Shown: positions 26,736-32,000 of the stretch, piece after piece
Numbering within the stretch: position 1 is the stretch's first letter
Layout of the letters: each line of letters starts with the position of its first letter
Assembly (NCBI RefSeq): GCF_000017305.1
Contig: NC_009664.2
Location: forward strand, 780,001-812,000
DNA: 32,000 nucleotides
Reading direction: 5' to 3'
Source: Kineococcus radiotolerans SRS30216 = ATCC BAA-149
GTDB taxonomy: Bacteria; Actinomycetota; Actinomycetes; Actinomycetales; Kineococcaceae
Position numbers and translations under genes: made by a program
The notes under the pieces: generated by a model
What the model saw: only the letters and a program-made list of their open reading frames with translations
The model's database searches: none
Told to the model about the DNA's origin: nothing

Positions 26736-26771
26736 ACCACAGGCGTCCTGTGTCGGGTCGTGCCGGTCCGG

Positions 26772-27707
26772 TCAGACCTGGGCAGCGGCCTCGGCGGGAG
26801 CCTCGTCGCCGGCGACGGGGGCCTCGGCGGTGTCGCCGGCCTCCGCAGCCGCCTCGGCGGGCTGACCCTCGGCGGCCTCGGCCTGCGCGGCCTCGGGGGC
26901 GGTGGAGCCCTCGACGGTCGCCACGGACTCGGAGCCGCCGGACTGCACGCCCTCGTCGCCGGCGAGCAGGTCCTGCTCCCAGGCCGCGAGCGGCTCGGCC
27001 GCGTCGGACTTGCCGCCGTGGCGGACCTGCAGACCCTCGGCCACGGCGTCGGCGATGACGCGGGTCAGCAGCGTGACGGAGCGGATCGCGTCGTCGTTGC
27101 CGGGGATGCGGTAGTCCACGTCGTCCGGGTCGCAGTTGGAGTCGAGGATCGCGACGACGGGGATGTTCAGCTTCTTGGCCTCGTCGACGGCGAGGTGCTC
27201 CTTGTTGGTGTCGACGATCCACACCGCGGAGGGGACCTTCGTCATCTCGCGGATGCCGCCGAGGGTCTTGGTCAGCTTGTCGTACTCGCGACGCAGCACG
27301 AGCAGTTCCTTCTTCGTGAGACCGGAGCCGGCCACGTCGTCGAAGTCGACCTGCTCGAGCTCGCGCATGCGGGCGATGCGCTTGTTGACGGTCTGGAAGT
27401 TGGTCAGCATCCCGCCGAGCCAGCGCTGGTTCACGAAGGGCATGCCCACGCGGCGGGCCTGCTCGGCGATGGACTCCTGGGCCTGCTTCTTCGTGCCGAT
27501 GAACATGATGGAACCGCCGTGGGCGACGGTCTCCTTCACGAAGTCGTAGGCGCGGTCGATGAACGACAGCGACTGCTGCAGGTCGATGATGTAGATGCCG
27601 TTGCGCTCGGTGAAGAGGAAGCGCTTCATCTTGGGGTTCCAGCGGCGGGTCTGGTGCCCGAAGTGCACACCGGACTCGAGCAGCTGGCGCATCGTCACGA
27701 CGGCCAT
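26772..27707 (-). CDS. rpsB: 30S ribosomal protein S2 with Ala/Glu-rich C-terminal tail
   Basis: ATG at 27707 ([27 protein letters not shown]) is preceded by AGGAGGA (27714-27720 on the minus strand). The last ~75 residues are low-complexity and A/E-rich. Confidence 0.97.
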
Positions 27708-27931
27708 GGGTGGTCCTCCTCGTGCCGGCCCCGCGCGGGGCCGATCGGTTGCTCCGCCGCGGACCGGTCGGTCCGCCGCGCCTGGTCCCCGGGACGCACC
27801 CGACCACCCGGGGACCGGGTGGACCGAGAGGGTGCTCCCCCCGCGCTGACGCGGGGAGCGGGGACGCGATGTCACCCCGGTCAGGCTCCGGAACCCGGGG
27901 AGGGCTCGAGGACGCGCACGGGGTGCCCCCG

Positions 27932-27937
27932 TAGTCT
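27932..27937 (+). promoter_or_regulatory. -10-like TAGTCT positioned for a leaderless aminotransferase mRNA
   Basis: tagtct (TANNNT pattern) ends 7 nt before GTG 27945. There is no SD between them. Confidence 0.3.
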
Positions 27938-27944
27938 ACGACGC

Positions 27945-29186
27945 GTGAGCACCGGTCTCGACCGCGGCGCGTCGGCGCCCCCGCCGGGGGCCCCGCCCCC
28001 TCCCCCCGACCCGCGCGTGGTGGCGCGGATGCGGCGCTTCGGGCCCACGGTCTTCGCCGAGATGTCCGCGCTCGCCGCGCGCACCGGGGCGGTCAACCTG
28101 GGCCAGGGCTTCCCCGACGCCGACGGCCCGGCGTCGCTGCTGGAGGACGCCGTCGCCGCGATCCGGTCCGGGCGCAACCAGTACCCGCCGGGGACCGGGG
28201 TCCCGGCGCTGCTGGAGGCCGTGGCCGAGCACCAGCACCGCTTCTACGGGCTCACCCTCGACCCCGGCACCGAGGTCCTGGTGACGGCCGGGGCCACCGA
28301 GGCGATCGCGGCGAGCCTGCTCGCGCTGTGCGGACCCGGCGACGAGGTCGTCGTGCTCGAACCGGCCTACGACTCCTACGCGGCCGTCATCGCCCTCTCC
28401 GGGGCGGTGCAGCGCTCGGTCCCCCTGGTGCCGGGACCCGACGGCTCCACCCTCGACGCCCAGGACCTGCGGGCGGCGTTCTCCGCGCGGACCCGGGTCG
28501 TCCTGCTCAACACCCCCCACAACCCGACCGGGACGGTGCTCTCCCCCGCGCAGGTCGCCGCCGTCGCGGCGCTGGCCGTCGAGCACGACGCGGTGGTGCT
28601 GACCGACGAGGTGTACGAGCACCTCGTCTTCGACGAGCACCGGCACGTGCCGGTGGCGACGCTGCCGGGGATGGCCGAGCGGACGCTGACGGTGTCCTCG
28701 GCCGGCAAGACGTTCTCGGTGACCGGCTGGAAGGTCGGCTGGGTCAGCGGCCCGGCCCCGCTCGTGGCGGCGGTGCGCATGGTGAAGCAGTTCCTCACCT
28801 ACGTCAACGCCGGCCCCTTCCAGCCGGCCGTGGCGGGCGCGCTGGCCCTGCCCGACGACTTCTACCTCGGCCTCGCCGCGGACCTGCAGCGGCGCCGGGA
28901 CCTCCTCGTCGAGGGCCTGCTCTCGGCGGGCTTCGGGGTCTCGGTCCCCGCCGGGACGTACTTCGTCGTCGCCGACCCGCGGCCGCTGGGCCACGATGAC
29001 GGGACCGCGCTGTGCCGGGAGCTGCCCGGGCTGGCCGGCGTCGTGGGCGTGCCGGTCTCGGCGTTCTGCGAGCCCGGCTCCCCCGCCGCCGCGGCGGTGC
29101 GCCCGCTGGTGCGGTTCACGTTCTGCAAGTCCGACGCCGTGCTGGAGGAGGCCTGCCGGCGGCTGCAGGCGCTGCGCCCGCGGTGA
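27945..29186 (+). CDS. Class I/II PLP-dependent aminotransferase (DapC/YbdL/KAT-like)
   Basis: Blocks NLGQGFPD, NQYPPGTG, NTPHNPTG and SSAGKTFSVTGWKVGW (PLP Lys) are present. The start is either GTG 27945 or ATG 28029, both in frame within track ORF 26217..29186. Confidence 0.85.
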   Translation: MSTGLDRGASAPPPGAPPPPPDPRVVARMRRFGPTVFAEMSALAARTGAVNLGQGFPDADGPASLLEDAVAAIRSGRNQYPPGTGVPALLEAVAEHQHRFYGLTLDPGTEVLVTAGATEAIAASLLALCGPGDEVVVLEPAYDSYAAVIALSGAVQRSVPLVPGPDGSTLDAQDLRAAFSARTRVVLLNTPHNPTGTVLSPAQVAAVAALAVEHDAVVLTDEVYEHLVFDEHRHVPVATLPGMAERTLTVSSAGKTFSVTGWKVGWVSGPAPLVAAVRMVKQFLTYVNAGPFQPAVAGALALPDDFYLGLAADLQRRRDLLVEGLLSAGFGVSVPAGTYFVVADPRPLGHDDGTALCRELPGLAGVVGVPVSAFCEPGSPAAAAVRPLVRFTFCKSDAVLEEACRRLQALRPR

Positions 29187-29521
29187 GCCTGCGCGAGACG
29201 CTGCTGGCCGAGCGGGACGACGCGGCGCAGCGGGTGAGGGGTCTGGAGCGCGAGCTGGCCAGCGCGCTGGAGGCGGCCGCCGAGGGCACCGCCGACGACG
29301 AGCACGACCCGGAGGGCTCGACGACGGCGTTCGAGCGCGCCCAGGTCGCCGCCGTCCTGGACCAGGTTCGCCGCCGGCTGGTGGCGCTGGACGACGCCCT
29401 CGCCCGCGTCGACGAGCCCGGCTTCGGCCGGTGCGAGGGCTGCGGGCGGGAGATCGCGCCGGAGCGCCTGGCCGCGCGGCCGTGGGCGACGACCTGCGTG
29501 GAGTGCGCCGCGCGGCGCTGA
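29183..29521 (+). CDS. TraR/DksA-family C4 zinc-finger protein
   Basis: GTG at 29183 overlaps the aminotransferase stop as GTGA. An N-terminal coiled-coil-like region is followed by CEGCGREIAPERLAARPWATTCVECA (four Cys). Confidence 0.7.
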   Translation: MSLRETLLAERDDAAQRVRGLERELASALEAAAEGTADDEHDPEGSTTAFERAQVAAVLDQVRRRLVALDDALARVDEPGFGRCEGCGREIAPERLAARPWATTCVECAARR

Positions 29522-29606
29522 CGCGGGCGCGTGCACAGGGCGCGCCGTCCCCAGGGGCCGCGGCCGGGGCGTCCCCCCGGGCGCCGGTCCGCGGCACGGT
29601 GCCCCG

Positions 29607-30140
29607 GTGCTGACCTCCGCCCTCCCCACCGGCCTGGTGGCGCTGGCCTCGACGCTGGTGGTGGCCGGCCTGGCCGTGACCGCGGTCGGGGATCCCGAGC
29701 CCGCGCCCCCCGCTGCGGGAGCGGGGGGCGAGCGGTGGGTGTGGCCGGTCGCCCCGCCCCGGGTGGTGCGCGGCTTCGACGCGGTCGGGCGTTACGAGGC
29801 CGGGCACCGGGGGGTCGACCTCGCCGCGGCCCCCGGCGCGCCGGTGGTGGCCGTCGCGACGGGGTCGGTGACCTTCGCCGGCCAGGTCGCGGGGCGGCCG
29901 GTGGTCGTCGTGGCCCACGCCGGGGGGCTGCGGAGCACCTACGAGCCCGTCAGCGCGGACGTGGTGGCCGGGGAGGCGGTGCGCGGTGGGCAGCGGGTGG
30001 GCACCCTCGCCGCCCCGGCGCACTGCGCGGGGGCGACGAGCTGCCTGCACCTGGGGCTGCGGGCGGGGGAGGACTACCTGGACCCGCTGGGGCGGCTGCG
30101 GGCGGCGGCTCCCGTGCTGCTGCCGCTGGGACGCCCCTAA
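29607..30140 (+). CDS. M23 (LytM-domain) peptidase-family protein with N-terminal membrane anchor
   Basis: GHRGVDLAA (HxxxD) and the C-terminal SCLHLGLRAGEDYLDPL are present. The N-terminal hydrophobic segment is LVALASTLVVAGLAV. GTG at 29607. Confidence 0.8.
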   Translation: MLTSALPTGLVALASTLVVAGLAVTAVGDPEPAPPAAGAGGERWVWPVAPPRVVRGFDAVGRYEAGHRGVDLAAAPGAPVVAVATGSVTFAGQVAGRPVVVVAHAGGLRSTYEPVSADVVAGEAVRGGQRVGTLAAPAHCAGATSCLHLGLRAGEDYLDPLGRLRAAAPVLLPLGRP

Positions 30141-30175
30141 GGGCCGGCGTGGAGGGGTCCTGCCGGTATCGGGGG

Positions 30176-31204
30176 TCAGTCGGCGTCGGCGAGCTTGCCG
30201 CGCAGCTGCAGGACCGCCTTGGTGTGCATCTGGCAGATGCGGGACTCGGTGACCCCGAGGACGCGGCCGATCTCGGCCAGGGTCAGCCCCTCGTAGTAGT
30301 AGAGGGTCACCACGATCTTCTCCCGCTCGGGCAGCTGGTTGATCGCCCGGGAGAGGAGGAACTTGGTCTCCTCCTTCTCGAAGGACTGCACCGGGTCCTC
30401 GGCCTTGGTGTCCTCTAGGGTGTCGACCAAGGAGAGCTTGTCGCCCTTCTCCCCCGAGACGCTGAGCAGCTCGTCCAGCGCGACGACGTTGACGTAGGAC
30501 ACCTGGCTGAAGATGTGGTGCAGCTCGGAGAGCTTGATCTCCATGCGCGCCGCGACCTCCACCTCGGTGGGGGTCCGGTGCAGCTCCGCCTCGAGGGCGG
30601 CGTAGGTGCGCTCCACCTCGCGGGCCTTGCTGCGCACCGAGCGCGGGATCCAGTCGATGGAGCGCAGCTCGTCGATGATCGCCCCGCGGATGCGGGAGAT
30701 GGCGTAGGTCTCGAACTTGATGGCGCGTTCGATGTCGAACTTCTCGATGGCGTCGATGAGGCCGAAGATGCCGTAGGAGACCAGGTCGGCCTGCTCGATG
30801 TTCGGCGGCAGCCCGACCCCGACGCGGCCGGCGACGTACTTGACCAGCGGCGAGTAGTGCATGATCAGCTTCTCGCGGACGACGCCGTCGCCGGAGGCCT
30901 TGTACTCCTCCCACATGGCGCGCAGCGCGGCCTCGGCCTGTTCCTGCTCCGGGGTCTGCGGGCCCTTGCGGCTGGTGAACCGGGCGTTGGCCTGCGGCCG
31001 GCCCGCGGGCCGGGTCTCGTCGTCGACGACGTCGCTGCCGTTGGCCGCGGCGGTCGCGGCCTCGACCGCCCGGTTGGTCTTCTCCTCGATCGCCTGCGCC
31101 TGCGTCGTTCCCACGGCGTCGATGGTGAGCTCCTGTCCGTCGTCGACCACCCGCAGGTCCGATCGAGCGGTGGAGGCACGTTCGCGCCCTGCTCCTGCTG
31201 CCAC
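30176..31204 (-). CDS. whiG: RNA polymerase sigma factor, WhiG/FliA (sigma-28) family
   Basis: Near-colinear with my recollection of S. coelicolor WhiG: [49 protein letters not shown] and [29 protein letters not shown]. The start is uncertain. GTG 31204 has the best SD (GGGGGAGGA, 5-nt spacer). Alternatives are GTG 31150, GTG 31114 and ATG 30916. Confidence 0.9.
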   Translation of the reverse strand: MAAGAGRERASTARSDLRVVDDGQELTIDAVGTTQAQAIEEKTNRAVEAATAAANGSDVVDDETRPAGRPQANARFTSRKGPQTPEQEQAEAALRAMWEEYKASGDGVVREKLIMHYSPLVKYVAGRVGVGLPPNIEQADLVSYGIFGLIDAIEKFDIERAIKFETYAISRIRGAIIDELRSIDWIPRSVRSKAREVERTYAALEAELHRTPTEVEVAARMEIKLSELHHIFSQVSYVNVVALDELLSVSGEKGDKLSLVDTLEDTKAEDPVQSFEKEETKFLLSRAINQLPEREKIVVTLYYYEGLTLAEIGRVLGVTESRICQMHTKAVLQLRGKLADAD

Positions 31205-31221
31205 GGTGGTCCTCCCCCCGG

Positions 31222-31251
31222 ACCGTCGGGCCCGGGGGTGGGCCCGACGGT
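31222..31251 (-). terminator. GC-rich stem-loop between rtcB and the sigma factor gene (rtcB terminator and/or whiG leader structure)
   Basis: The 12-bp arms accgtcgggccc / gggcccgacggt flank a 6-nt loop. The 3' arm ends 6 nt before the SD of GTG 31204. Confidence 0.45.
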
Positions 31252-31301
31252 GCGATCCCCGCGAGCGCTCCGCGGGGACGTGCGTGTCGATCTGCGTCGA
31301 T

Positions 31302-31345
31302 GACAGCGTAGCGTGACCGAACAACTCCTGTACGCTACGAGTGTC
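31302..31345 (-). other. Interrupted stem-loop in the most AT-rich stretch of the window
   Basis: gaca-g-cgtagcgt / 17-nt loop / acgctacg-ag-tgtc gives 8+4 bp. It lies 41-84 nt downstream of the rtcB stop. The loop carries AGGAG on the minus strand. Confidence 0.35.
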
Positions 31346-31385
31346 AGCTCCCCCGACGAGCACGCACGTCCCGACCGCCGGCGGC

Positions 31386-32000
31386 TCAGTCCCCCTTGAC
31401 GTTCACGACCTGACGCAGGGTGTGCCGGATCTCCACCAGGTCGGCGGCGTCGGCCATGACCCGGTCGATGTCCTTGTAGGCGGCCGGGATCTCGTCGAGG
31501 AACGCGTCGGTGTCGCGGTACTCGATGCCCCGCATGGCCTCCCGCAACTGCTCGCGGGTGAACGTGCGGCGCGCCGCGGACCGGCTGAACTCCCGCCCCG
31601 CCCCGTGGGGCGAGGAGTCCAGCGCCAGCCGGTTGCCCTTGCCCACCACGACGTAGCTCGCCGTGCCCATCGACCCCGGCACGAGGCCGGGGCGGCCGGC
31701 GTCGGCGCGGATCGCGCCCTTCCGCGACAGCCACACCTCGCGACCGAAGTGCCGCTCGCGCTCGGTGTAGTTGTGGTGGCAGTTGATGCGCTCCTGCTCC
31801 TGCACCGGTTCCCCCAGGAAGTCCGAGAGGCGGGCCGCGACGCGGTCCATCATCTCCTCGCGGTTGAGCAGGGCGAAGTGCTGCGCCCAGCGCAGGTCGG
31901 CCACGTAGTCGTCGAACTCCGCGGTGCCCTCCACCAGGTAGGCGAGGTCGCGGTCGGGCAGGTCGACGAACCACTGCGCGCACAGCCGCTGCGCGACGGC
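31386..32000 (-). CDS. rtcB: RNA ligase RtcB, C-terminal part (5' end lies beyond the window)
   Basis: Blocks [18 protein letters not shown] and SSPHGAGR are present. The reading frame stays open to position 32000, so the track start at 31934 is internal. Confidence 0.9.
   Translation of the reverse strand, partial: AVAQRLCAQWFVDLPDRDLAYLVEGTAEFDDYVADLRWAQHFALLNREEMMDRVAARLSDFLGEPVQEQERINCHHNYTERERHFGREVWLSRKGAIRADAGRPGLVPGSMGTASYVVVGKGNRLALDSSPHGAGREFSRSAARRTFTREQLREAMRGIEYRDTDAFLDEIPAAYKDIDRVMADAADLVEIRHTLRQVVNVKGD

Noticed and set aside
26772-26990. Ala/Glu-rich C-terminal tail of ribosomal protein S2 as a novelty
   Set aside because: Low-complexity acidic or Ala-rich C-terminal extensions of S2 are common in Actinomycetota as far as I know. 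Nothing here distinguishes this tail from those.
27710-27934. 74-aa plus-strand ORF filling the rpsB / aminotransferase intergenic region
   Set aside because: It starts inside the rpsB SD/start region and has no SD of its own. I counted GC3 of about 84%, with rare codons (AGA, GGA, TCA), which is lower than in real genes here. The translation is generic R/G/P-rich.
31281-31350. BldD-box (TNAC-N5-GTNA) upstream of the whiG-type sigma gene
   Set aside because: I scanned both strands of the AT-richer stretch and found TGAC motifs. None is followed by GTNA at the N5 spacing, so no exact box can be claimed.

Overview
This is a very high-G+C actinobacterial chromosome segment (by eye well above 70% G+C). 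I support 31 protein-coding genes, one of which is a speculative 44-codon small ORF. I saw no rRNA, tRNA, CRISPR array, transposase or integrase, and no prophage signature. Most ORFs in the six-frame track are GC-driven artefacts: their translations are Arg/Pro/Gly/Ala-rich and lie antisense to, or out of frame with, real genes.

The backbone is conserved actinobacterial housekeeping synteny, mostly on the minus strand:
- rpsB-tsf
- pyrH-frr-cdsA-rlmN-(DivIVA-repeat protein)
- dxr-rip1(M50)-ispG-GNAT-MFS
- proS
- a WhiG/FliA-type sigma factor, an M23 peptidase and the 3' part of rtcB

Two accessory catabolic modules are embedded in this backbone:
- Module (i), 4705-9207, is a divergently transcribed cassette. 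It has an XRE-HTH/cupin regulator, a DavA-like nitrilase-superfamily amidase, an arginase/agmatinase-family ureohydrolase and a DavB/IaaM-family amino-acid 2-monooxygenase.
- Module (ii), 16795-21548, is gabT-gabD with a divergent PucR-type regulator and a PPOX-type protein.

On paper the two modules encode every step of the arginine 2-monooxygenase route: Arg -> 4-guanidinobutyramide -> 4-guanidinobutyrate -> GABA + urea -> succinate. This is my best candidate for an under-described system here. It is a metabolic inference from family membership and gene context, not a new kind of system.

Sequence-level oddities:
- a 10-bp x4 tandem repeat in the divergent control region of module (i)
- a high-GC3 small ORF with a strong Shine-Dalgarno (SD) sequence whose stop overlaps the amidase start
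- four GTGA start/stop overlaps
- a 32-bp convergent overlap of proS with its neighbour
- perfect GC-rich palindromic terminators without U-tracts
- a structured, relatively AT-rich region upstream of the sigma factor gene

I found nothing resembling a defence island, a toxin-antitoxin pair or a secondary-metabolite cluster.
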